Below are positions 31,253-40,540 of a DNA stretch of 64,000 nucleotides, one piece after another; position 1 is the stretch's first letter; each line of letters begins with the position of its first letter. The notes below the pieces were generated by a model. The model was not told the origin of the DNA. It ran no database searches and saw only the letters and a program-made list of their open reading frames with translations. The stretch covers positions 1,302,001 to 1,366,000 of the forward strand of contig OX337237.1 in assembly GCA_946965045.2 (NCBI GenBank), written 5' to 3'. A program made the position numbers and the translations under genes. The DNA is from Epithemia pelagica (taxonomy: Eukaryota > Protista > Bacillariophyta).

Positions 31253-34200
31253 GTGATGTCTGCGACAACTTCTCGTGAGATCTCAGTTCCCCTAATCAGG
31301 TGTGAGCTCGACAGTCATGCGGATACATGCTGTCTGGGATCTGAATGCTATGTTCTGTATCAAACAGATACGGCTGATGTCAGTGGTTTTGTTGAGAGTC
31401 TTGGCAAGATTAAAGAGGCCGGTGTAATTACTGGTGTATTAGCATATGACGACCAGGAAACAGGCCAAACGTTCCTTCTTTATTTTCATCAAGCTCTACA
31501 TCTACCACAATTAAAAGACAAATGCCTCCTTAATCCGAATCAAATGAGGGAGGCCGGTATTGAAGTCAACGATGTGCCGTTGAAATACTTGAAAGCAGGG
31601 GACCGAACCCAACGATCCCACAGTATCATTGCAAGGGACAACGAACTGGGCGAATTGCGCATTCCACTCGATCTTGTTGGCGTTCTAAGCCAATTCTGTA
31701 CGCGCAAGCCCACGAAAGAAGAGATTGAAACAATAGATCCTTCTTGCCGAATCGACATGACAAATGAAAGACCCGAGTGGCAGCCGAATGACTCAACACC
31801 TGACGTTGATGAAAGGGCACTCCGGGATTCAGTACAAGTGAACGCCTCAGAAGAAAAGCGTGAGCGGACGATCAACCTTGCAATGACAAAGACACTACGA
31901 GTGAATAATCGCGCCATTCATGTCCACGTATCAGATATTGGACATAGGCGAAAGGGGACAATACGTCCAGATGAATTGGCACAACGATGGAGTATTGGAC
32001 TTCCTAGCGCTGAGCGGACATTCCAGCAGACGACACAGTTGGGTGTCCGAGAGTTTACTGATCAAGGGGGGAGTCGCCGTTTGAAACATACGGCATACCA
32101 ACTGCGGCATCGCCGACTGAGGGCAGATGTGTATACCGATACACTGTTTTCTGAGACGAAATCACTGGATCAACATACATGCGGGCAGATTTTTGCCACC
32201 GACTTTGGCTGGGTCCATTTCGTCCCTATGCGAAAGAAAAGCGACGCTCCGACAACGTTACCATCTGTCTTCGACAGTTACGGCATTTTCAATCATATCA
32301 TCCCTGACAACGCGCCAGAATTAACCTCGCAAGAATTTCGGAAGGTAGCTCACAAATACGGATGCCGCATTAAACCTGTGGAAGCCTGGACTCCAAACCA
32401 AAACCTGGCTGAGGCCAATATCAGAGAATTGAAGCGCCTCTACCGACGAGAAATGAGGCGTAGTAACGCACCAGCTGTATTGTGGGACCATTGTCTCATG
32501 CTAATGGCGGAACGACGCTCCCACACGAGTTTTGGAAGCAATGTGAATGGGCCGCCCATTCAACAACTCACTGGCGATACGCCAGATATTTCCCACCTCG
32601 TTGAACATCGATGGTTCGATTTTGTTTGGTATAGTAACCCTGGCTTTGAGGGTCGCAAATTGGGCCGCTGGCTGGGACCAAGTCATACCGTCGGTCAGGC
32701 AATGTGCGCCAAAGTCTTAACTGACAAAGGAAAGATAGTTCATCGAACCTCCGTATGGCCAATCCACCGAGAATCACAAATGGACGACGCTCACAAAGCT
32801 CAGCAGGCTTTATATATGGAAAACCTGAAAGCTGCCCTTGGGAATAGAATGGCCGGTATCCCCATTGCTGATGAAGATGATAATGAGGCTGACACGCCTA
32901 CTTTTGAGGCCTACGAAGATGACGAACAACCAGATGTTCGGATGCCAGAAGCCGATGCCTATGCACCCGATGCATACGATAAACTCATTTCTGCTAAAGT
33001 TATGCTGCCTCTTGGCGACGATCAACGAAAGGGGACGGTTAGAAGAAGGAAACGAGACGCAGAGGGTCGGGTCGTCGGACATGCCTCAACGAATCCCTAT
33101 CTGGATACGACCCTCTATGAAGTTGAATTCGACGATGGGCATGTACAGTCATATGCGGCAAATCTTATTGCCGAAAATATTTACGAGCAACTCGATGATG
33201 AGGGCAATTTGTATCGTATGGTGGAGGAAATCACCGATCACAAAGCTGACAAGACAGCTGTGCCCATATCGGATGGCGAATTCGAATTGAATGGACGAAA
33301 ACACAAGAAGAAAACGACGAGAGGCTGGTTCTTATGTATTAAATGGAAGGACGGTTCCTCAAGTTGGGAGGCCCTAAAGGACCTCAAAGAATCCTATCCT
33401 ATCGAAGTCGCTGAGTATGCTGTTGCGAACAAACTAGAGAAAGAACCCGCGTTTGCATGGTGGGTCCCATTCACCCTACGAAGAAGAACGAGGCTGATCA
33501 AAGCAGCAAAGACTACAAGGTACATGCGGCAATCTCAAAAATACGGCATTGAGGTGCCCAAAACAGTGGAACGAGCTCTCCAGATTGATCGTGAAACTGG
33601 TACGGATTATTGGCGTAAAGCCCTGAAACTGGAGATGTCCAAGATTTTCCCAGCCGTCAAAATCCTGGACGACGGTGTCAAAGAACCAGTGGGCTATCAG
33701 GTAATCCCTTGTCACATCGTTTTTGATGTCAAGATGGATTTCACCCGAAAAGCCAGATATGTGGCTGGAGGCCATAGAACGGAAGAGCCCGAAGCACCAA
33801 CATACGCAAGTGTCGTCAGTCGTGAGAGTGTCCGAATTGGATTCATGCTGGCCGCTCTTAATGGATTAGAGATTCAAGCAGCTGATATTGCCGGAGCTTA
33901 TCTGAACGCTCCATGCCTTGAAAAGGTCTGCACAAGATGCGGTTTAGAATTTGGCACCGAGTACCAAGGCCGGATTGCGATCATCACAAAAGCCCTGTAT
34001 GGGTTAAAGACCAGTGCTTATGCCTGGCGCGATCTCCTGTCCACTACCCTGCAAGAGGACTTGGGCTATTTCCCATGTCGAGCAGATCCAGACTGTTATT
34101 TACGTCAAGCTACAAAGGGAAATGGTGAACGCTACTACGAAATGCTGTTCGTCTATACAGACGACATATTGGTCATCTCGCACAAGCCGATGGAATCTTT

Positions 34201-35233
34201 GACAATGCTTGACCACCACTACCTACTTAAACCAGATTCGATTGGTATTCCAAAATATTATCTGGGATCACAAGTACAAACGTTCGATATCAATAATGAC
34301 GTGTCTCAACGATGCTGGGCGTTGAGTTCAGAGAAATATGCAAAGGCAGCCATACGGAACGTAGTCTCATGGCTTGAAAATCAAGACCGCAAACTCAAAA
34401 CCAGAGCACCAAGTGTGTTGCCCAGTGGGTATCGTCCTGAATTGGACACAACACCATATTGTGATCCACAGCTAATGAACTTTTATCAACAGCAAATGGG
34501 TGTGCTTCGCTGGCTCGTCGAATTGGGAAGAATTGACATCGCTGCAGAAGTATCAATGTTGGCTGGATTTTTGGCAGGGCCCAGAGAGGGGCATGTGGAG
34601 GCAATGCTTCATCTGTTTGCTTATCTCAACCTACACGATCGTTCACGGCTCATCATGGATCCATCATATATTGAGCTTGGTGATGAACCAACGAGTGACT
34701 GGACAGGTTTCTATCCTGGAGCCATTGAAGAAATTCCTCCAGATGCACCCGAACCATTAGGCAAAGCGGTCCAAATGACAGTCTTCGTCGATTCAGACCA
34801 TGCTGGAGATCTCTTGACGCGACGTTCCAGAACAGGTGTGCTCATTTACTTGAATCGAGCCCCCATCTCGTGGTATAGCAAGAAACAAACGAGCGTTGAG
34901 ACTTCTACGTTTGGGTCTGAATTTATGGCCCTCAAGGTGGGGGTGGAGATGCTGAAAGGCTTACGATACAAGATGAGGATGATGGGAATTCCATTGGACG
35001 GACATGCACATGTGCGTGTAGACAACATGTCTGTGGTCTACAACAGTTCCTTACCGGAATCGACACTACGCAAGAAATCGAATTCAGTTGCGTATCATTT
35101 TGTACGCGAAAACGTGGCAAACGGTACATGCAAGATTGCCTTTGAACCGTCTAAGACAAATTTAGCGGACCTGCTTACGAAGATTCAAACTGGTCCGGAG
35201 CGGACAAGACTGGCACAGATGATTTTATTCTGA
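31253..35233 (+). CDS. pol: Pol polyprotein (protease, integrase, Tudor/chromo-like insert, RT, RNase H)
   Basis: ELDSHADTCC; YTDT...IPDNAPE...QNLAEANIRELK; KARYVAGGH; AADIAGAYLNA; KALYGLK; VYTDDIL; FVDSDHAGD...RRSRTG; STFGSEF; VDNMSV; NLADLLTK. Intact 1,326 aa. Confidence 0.95.
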   Translation: MMSATTSREISVPLIRCELDSHADTCCLGSECYVLYQTDTADVSGFVESLGKIKEAGVITGVLAYDDQETGQTFLLYFHQALHLPQLKDKCLLNPNQMREAGIEVNDVPLKYLKAGDRTQRSHSIIARDNELGELRIPLDLVGVLSQFCTRKPTKEEIETIDPSCRIDMTNERPEWQPNDSTPDVDERALRDSVQVNASEEKRERTINLAMTKTLRVNNRAIHVHVSDIGHRRKGTIRPDELAQRWSIGLPSAERTFQQTTQLGVREFTDQGGSRRLKHTAYQLRHRRLRADVYTDTLFSETKSLDQHTCGQIFATDFGWVHFVPMRKKSDAPTTLPSVFDSYGIFNHIIPDNAPELTSQEFRKVAHKYGCRIKPVEAWTPNQNLAEANIRELKRLYRREMRRSNAPAVLWDHCLMLMAERRSHTSFGSNVNGPPIQQLTGDTPDISHLVEHRWFDFVWYSNPGFEGRKLGRWLGPSHTVGQAMCAKVLTDKGKIVHRTSVWPIHRESQMDDAHKAQQALYMENLKAALGNRMAGIPIADEDDNEADTPTFEAYEDDEQPDVRMPEADAYAPDAYDKLISAKVMLPLGDDQRKGTVRRRKRDAEGRVVGHASTNPYLDTTLYEVEFDDGHVQSYAANLIAENIYEQLDDEGNLYRMVEEITDHKADKTAVPISDGEFELNGRKHKKKTTRGWFLCIKWKDGSSSWEALKDLKESYPIEVAEYAVANKLEKEPAFAWWVPFTLRRRTRLIKAAKTTRYMRQSQKYGIEVPKTVERALQIDRETGTDYWRKALKLEMSKIFPAVKILDDGVKEPVGYQVIPCHIVFDVKMDFTRKARYVAGGHRTEEPEAPTYASVVSRESVRIGFMLAALNGLEIQAADIAGAYLNAPCLEKVCTRCGLEFGTEYQGRIAIITKALYGLKTSAYAWRDLLSTTLQEDLGYFPCRADPDCYLRQATKGNGERYYEMLFVYTDDILVISHKPMESLTMLDHHYLLKPDSIGIPKYYLGSQVQTFDINNDVSQRCWALSSEKYAKAAIRNVVSWLENQDRKLKTRAPSVLPSGYRPELDTTPYCDPQLMNFYQQQMGVLRWLVELGRIDIAAEVSMLAGFLAGPREGHVEAMLHLFAYLNLHDRSRLIMDPSYIELGDEPTSDWTGFYPGAIEEIPPDAPEPLGKAVQMTVFVDSDHAGDLLTRRSRTGVLIYLNRAPISWYSKKQTSVETSTFGSEFMALKVGVEMLKGLRYKMRMMGIPLDGHAHVRVDNMSVVYNSSLPESTLRKKSNSVAYHFVRENVANGTCKIAFEPSKTNLADLLTKIQTGPERTRLAQMILF

Positions 35234-35437
35234 GGAAAGCCATTGGACAATGAGTACGTTTCCCGCCCGACTGAGGGGACTGGGTACGTCCTGCACGCCA
35301 TAAAAAGTGGGGCGCTCTAAAGCAGGTGTGGAGGAAATGAAGAAGATGAATGTTGATGAATTCCATGTGTTATAGAGTATGAAGATGGCAAAATGTGACT
35401 ATATCAAGAGGGTCCGTCATAGCAATTTTGAGGGGAC

Positions 35438-35551
35438 CAAGAAAGGCGACTGATATTAAGCGAATTTTGGGCGAGTAGCTAACCCATGAGGGACGCGTAG
35501 CTTAGAGCTCACTAATTTCAGTTTTTCACTTAGACGCATGATCGTAATTTG
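35438..35551 (+). repeat. 3' LTR
   Basis: Identical to the 5' LTR; preceded by PPT-like TTGAGGGGAC. Confidence 0.93.
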
Positions 35552-36214
35552 CCATTGCTCGTTGTCCGTGTCCTATTGTTCGTTGTCCGATTCAATTGTC
35601 AGTTGTATTCCAGTTGCTAGCGTTCTCTATGCTTTCCTCATTTACAATACTGCAAACTTTAAGAGAGTGAGAGCGCTAGAGAGTCTATTGAGATCTCCAA
35701 CGGACCAATGGCAGACAGTGTTTGTGGAGGAAGTACTTATCATGCAATTGTGAGTGATGTGACACATAAGTCAGTTTAATAATCATAAAAGGGCAGTACA
35801 TTATGTGACACATGATGAATACATACAGGGCTATTGTGGATCATGTCCGAGTGTATCACTTAATAAGAGATGAAATCTACATAGGAGGACAACGGATGTC
35901 CAAGACCAAAACTTAGTTGGACACCTACTATTGCCCAGGTATCTATTTCACACTATTATGGACATAATACCGGGTAACCCAGCACTTCCAGAATCTGGGA
36001 ACAGCTTGGAAGTGTCAACGGCCCCAGAAGATCAGAAGGCTTTATCAGAAATCTCATCAGAATACGAGTATCTTCAATGATTGATGATTGGGTTGTGGAG
36101 AGTATGGAAGGTGGAATGCGAACACGAACCTGCTGAACACAAACACTCAACGAACAAAGAATATTGCACAGAGCACTGGATTGATTATGTCACGGTCACG
36201 TGTCACGTGTCATA

Positions 36215-36248
36215 GTCACTGGTCACTGGTCACTGGTCACTGGTCACT
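36215..36248. repeat. Heptamer tandem repeat (GTCACTG)n
   Basis: GTCACTGGTCACTGGTCACTGGTCACTGGTCACT, with GATCAAT x2-3 nearby. Confidence 0.85.
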
Positions 36249-36663
36249 AACTGGGAATTGACACGCCGGTTCATTGGTCATTACGAATAATATGATCAAT
36301 GATCAATGATCCTACCTCCGACGGAATACGAGTATCGACCCCGTTGGCTATCCATCTTGCCATGATGCCACCAAATGATGAGAAAGGATTTGATTCGAGG
36401 GTCTAACTTGATCTCAGCTTTAGATCATGAATCAATGTTTTGAATTATAAAGGTATGTGTTTTATCATCTTATAGCTAGAGTGGTGTAAAGTAGTGTATA
36501 TCATAAGTTCTTTCGTCTGTACCATCCTATTGGCCTCTCCTTCTGCCATCATGTGGCCGCCCCAGGAAGACGAGGCACTTCAGGTTTGCAGCTCGAAAGA
36601 CTCTGGTCATTGCTGTCTCAACATTCATGGCTCCCCCTGAGGAAACCAGAAACCTGATCATGT

Positions 36664-37107
36664 TTATTGCTCCTGTGAGAAACCTCGCCTTTCCCTGTTC
36701 ATCCTCATGGAATGCCTTGTCTTGTTCAAATTGGCCCTGGCATGACGGTGTGGAACCATTCTCAGCGATGAACCCGGGAGATTATGAGGACCGAACGAGT
36801 TCGATTCACCACCGTTTGGTCTACTCCCACCAAGCACTTGACCTTCTTCTTCGTCAGCACTCATAGCACTGATTGCAAGGGCAGAATCAAGGATATTCAA
36901 TAAAGAGTCTCCGGGATGACTGTTCTCCGAGAACATTGAACTGCCGATATGAGACGATTCACAACAGGGATCTTCTCGTTGGTACTGGCGATCAATACCA
37001 GCATCATTTTCTTGTCCCATGAGACGCAAAAGAAGACTTAGCAGGCTCATGTGATCTTGCTCTGGAAAAGGCCTTAGGTTGTTAGTCATTGTTTTCGAAT
37101 CCGCCAT
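36664..37107 (-). CDS. Small hypothetical protein
   Basis: 147-aa ORF with a helical SLLNILDSALAIS motif of a type common in small diatom proteins. No domain recognised. Confidence 0.4.
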   Translation of the reverse strand: MADSKTMTNNLRPFPEQDHMSLLSLLLRLMGQENDAGIDRQYQREDPCCESSHIGSSMFSENSHPGDSLLNILDSALAISAMSADEEEGQVLGGSRPNGGESNSFGPHNLPGSSLRMVPHRHARANLNKTRHSMRMNRERRGFSQEQ

Positions 37108-37218
37108 TGAGTTTCAATTCTTCTAGAGAGCTGTATCGCAAACAAGCAAAGACTTTTTCTCTTTGTCAAGGTGGTCAAAAATGCTTCGATCTTCACTGAT
37201 TTAGTTTTATGAGATAGA

Positions 37219-40200
37219 TATAGGTTTCAAATTTCATCGTCGAAGTTTCTCCGCCTAAACTTCGGCACCTAAGTTTCTCCGAAGTTTCATGACGCTGCTT
37301 TGGCCTTACCGAAGTTTCGGGTGGCCCTTTAAATATTTAGCCTATGTATTGAATCCTGTCTGTGAACGTTGGTGTCAACGTCCATATCTTCCGAGTGATC
37401 TTTCGTGTAGATGTCCATTCTGCCGACCAAACATGATCTGCCATCTTGAATCGACAGGAACCATGTACCATGTACCCGCCTCCATCGTCATCCAACAACC
37501 AAACAAAAGTCGTGATTGCTGCTGTGGTGAAGCATTAATAACAATGGACAACCTTACAGCGGTTGAGCAAGACGTTGGTACCTCCCCGGCATTTGCCAAC
37601 ATATCTCCATTGACAGAGGACCAGCAGCAGATGTTGGAGGCCCAGACGAACCAGAACGATGTCGACGAGGTGGTTGCGGAGGATGTCGAAGAAGTGGCAG
37701 AAGGGCAAGTGCTGGTGAGAACAAAGCGAAAGGCCAATCCTCCAAAGAAGAAGGCTAACGAATTCATCCGAGAGCAGTTCAACATTGGACCAGATCCCAA
37801 CCAACAGGGATATCTGGCCATTGTTTGCGTCCACTGCAAAGAGTTCCGATCCTGGAAAACATTCAACGCGAGTGAAGCCTCCAACCACATTATCCACAAG
37901 TGTCAGAAAGTTCCTGCAACTATCAAGAACATTTGTGAAGACTCGACACGGGCTTCAAAGCGGGCCAAGAAACAACTCGGGCTGATTGTTGGTGGTCCAT
38001 TGAGTCAAGAGTCGTCGGCTTCTGTCAGCAACAGCAGCAGCAGTGGTGACAATCTTGTCAGCAGTGGTAGTAGTTCCCGTAAGGCTCCATCCACCATCAC
38101 CACCAAGAAGCAGTCTTCGTCCCAATCCTCGATGCTACAGTTTGGGCACATTGTCAACGAGGTGACTGCCAACACGGCAATCACCAAGTCCGTCGAAACG
38201 ATGCTTGCACGGTTTGAACCACTCAACAGGGTCAGTGACCCCTTCTTCCAGGACGAGATGGTGTCGCGTTGGGGAAAGGCTATTCTACGATACCTTCCCA
38301 ACCATCAAGATACTGTATACAAGCGATTTGTTGTCCCCATTGATAGAAACTGTCGTACGGAGCTGAAGCAAATGTTGGACAAGATTCAGGGTGGACTTAC
38401 CATTGCTGCTGATGGTGTGACAGCAAATGGTACAAGTACCATCCTGTACACAGTCTCCAAGGGCCCAGTCACTATGTTCTGTAGAGCCACAAGACTTCGT
38501 AACGAAGCACATGTTACTGGTGCAGAGGTGGAGGACATGGTGGATTTTATGGAGGAAGCACGTCGCAACTTTGATACATCAGTGGTTTGTATTGCTTGTG
38601 ACAATGCTGCGAACAATATTGTGAAAGGAGCATGTGAGAACTACAGAGAACGCAACAAATCAGAACCAAGTATTCTCCACAACCGAGACTGTGCACACTG
38701 CATTGATCTTGTGGCCAAAGATCTGGCACAAGTTCCATGCATTGAGTCAGTCCTTACCGATGCTCAGCTACTCATGGAGTTCTCGACAACAGACAACATT
38801 GATGGCATCCGGCACGAGCTTGTGCGAACTGGAGAGCTCCGCCGGTCATGTGGTCATGTGACAAATTACTCCGACACCAGATTCAACAAAGTCGGCATGA
38901 CACTCATGTCCATAAAGGAGTTCTACGAGTGGTGCTGTAACAATCCACCTATGTTCATGCAGTACTATAATACGCGGAACAAGAAGCGTCAGGAGAAGCT
39001 TGATGCTGCTCTCCGATTGGTCAATCGCGATTTCTGGGCCAAGCTTCATGTCCTGATTCAACTTTTCCAAGTCATTGAACATGGAACAAAGCTGGTATCA
39101 AGTGAAAAATTCCCACTGTCAGCATACTACCCACTGGTTGTGGCAATGAGGAAAGAGATTCACCAAGTCATGAAGAACAGTAGTGGAGCACAATCTTTTG
39201 ATTCTCTGTTTGCAGTGCCTGGGGCATCGGAATCTGTTTTTGACAGTATTGACGTCCGCTTCAACTTCACTGGTGTCCAACCCAATGGAAGGAAAGTTGG
39301 GCTACTTGACAAGTACCATGTGTGGGCCTACATTGTTGACCCATTCTGCCCAATGATCCCATTCCGTCCGTTGCTTCCCTCCCTTGCTCGTTCTGTCCGA
39401 GAAGCAATCGACTTCTTTGTCCACAAGGATGACTCAGCAACTCCAACAAACTCAGCAACTCCACCTCCAGCTCCAGGTCCATCTCACTACAACCCTAACT
39501 ATGACTATGGAGATGAAGATATTGCTGAAGTTCAACAAGCAATCCGTGAAATTGAGCAAGAATTGGAACCACCACAGAGCAACAAGACCGTTGTCGACAG
39601 GGAGCTTCGGTCGTACCTAGGTCATTCAGGAGACTGGATTGACCTGTTCCAAAAAGAAAAGGTGCGGCCATCTATGGACCAGAATGCAGAAGAGCGTAAG
39701 CTTACCATTTCCATGGTTACCAAATGGCTCGAAGACACGGGATGGTATCAAGGACGGATGGAGTTCTTCAGCATAGCACCATCTACAAAGGTGTTTCCAT
39801 TGCTGATTGAACCACTCCTATCTGTCAGGGCAACAGGGTCAATTTGCGTAGAGAGAGTTGCTAAACCTCTCAAAAATAATATTTGGAATAAACTTCGTGC
39901 ATCGCTGGGCCAGGACAAGGCTGAGGTTTGCCTCAGGGTTGGGCTCAACCTACGGTATCTGCTGAACGTGCGGTCAACCATCCGCCAAGCAACCCATGAG
40001 CAATACCTTGATTGTGATCTCTTTGGATCTGTGTAAGTCAATCAATGGTTTGCCTTTGATAACGACAAGGACCTGTTGTGTTGTTGGTCTTTATTACGTC
40101 TTACAAAAAAATGAGGGCGAAGGAGCCATTTTTCATAGCTACCTAAACTACCTTAACTTCAAAACCTAAGTTTCACCTAAATTTCTTTAGAAACTACAGA

Positions 40201-40232
40201 AAAAACCTGAGTACCTAAGTTTGATAGCTATA
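37219..40232. mobile_element. Second, unrelated autonomous hAT transposon (3,014 bp)
   Basis: Perfect 8-bp TSD GAGATAGA (37211-37218, 40233-40240). Imperfect TIRs TATAGGTTTCAAATTT / TATAGCTATCAAACTT. Subterminal CCTAAGTTT/CCTAAAC motifs at both ends. Confidence 0.88.
37544..40036 (+). CDS. hAT transposase
   Basis: Probable start MDNLTAVEQ. BED finger CVHC...ASNHIIHKC; AADGVT (D), ACDNAA (D), DCAH (CxxH), DTRF, SICVERVAK (E). Confidence 0.88.
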   Translation: MDNLTAVEQDVGTSPAFANISPLTEDQQQMLEAQTNQNDVDEVVAEDVEEVAEGQVLVRTKRKANPPKKKANEFIREQFNIGPDPNQQGYLAIVCVHCKEFRSWKTFNASEASNHIIHKCQKVPATIKNICEDSTRASKRAKKQLGLIVGGPLSQESSASVSNSSSSGDNLVSSGSSSRKAPSTITTKKQSSSQSSMLQFGHIVNEVTANTAITKSVETMLARFEPLNRVSDPFFQDEMVSRWGKAILRYLPNHQDTVYKRFVVPIDRNCRTELKQMLDKIQGGLTIAADGVTANGTSTILYTVSKGPVTMFCRATRLRNEAHVTGAEVEDMVDFMEEARRNFDTSVVCIACDNAANNIVKGACENYRERNKSEPSILHNRDCAHCIDLVAKDLAQVPCIESVLTDAQLLMEFSTTDNIDGIRHELVRTGELRRSCGHVTNYSDTRFNKVGMTLMSIKEFYEWCCNNPPMFMQYYNTRNKKRQEKLDAALRLVNRDFWAKLHVLIQLFQVIEHGTKLVSSEKFPLSAYYPLVVAMRKEIHQVMKNSSGAQSFDSLFAVPGASESVFDSIDVRFNFTGVQPNGRKVGLLDKYHVWAYIVDPFCPMIPFRPLLPSLARSVREAIDFFVHKDDSATPTNSATPPPAPGPSHYNPNYDYGDEDIAEVQQAIREIEQELEPPQSNKTVVDRELRSYLGHSGDWIDLFQKEKVRPSMDQNAEERKLTISMVTKWLEDTGWYQGRMEFFSIAPSTKVFPLLIEPLLSVRATGSICVERVAKPLKNNIWNKLRASLGQDKAEVCLRVGLNLRYLLNVRSTIRQATHEQYLDCDLFGSV

Positions 40233-40439
40233 GAGATAGATCGAAAATCGAAACGAACGCATATAATCCAAGGAGGATCGAGGATCGCATACTAGCCTTA
40301 TTAAAAAGGGAAACACAGAACACTGAATGAGAAGAGAATGCAGTCTTGATGTTCTCTATCCGTGGCTGAACAAGGCTCAAAGCTCAAAGCTCCCGATAGA
40401 TTTATTTATTGCATAATAGATTATCTATTGCGCTTATCG

Positions 40440-40540
40440 AGTCCCGAGTCCCGAACGACTGGAAACTGGAGACTCAAGACTCAACACTCATGACTCATGA
40501 CGTCCATAATGAGAAATGAGACTCAAGACTCAAGACTCAC
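40440..40540. repeat. Heptamer repeats GAGTCCC / GACTCAA / GACTCAT
   Basis: CGAGTCCCGAGTCCCGA, GAGACTCAAGACTCAACACTCATGACTCATGAC, GAGACTCAAGACTCAAGACTC. Confidence 0.75.

Larger units (their letters stand above)
20352..33262 (+). repeat. Copy 2 of the duplication
   Basis: Same sequence as 1-12911. Two substitutions were seen: 2710 C vs 23061 T, and 12329 G vs 32680 A. Confidence 0.97.
29265..35551 (+). mobile_element. Full-length Ty1/copia (CoDi-like) LTR retrotransposon, 6,287 bp
   Basis: Identical 114-bp LTRs (29265-29378, 35438-35551). CCAT on both outer flanks (29261-29264, 35552-35555). gag then PR-IN-RT-RH (copia order). Purine tract GAGGGGAC immediately before the 3' LTR. Confidence 0.96.
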
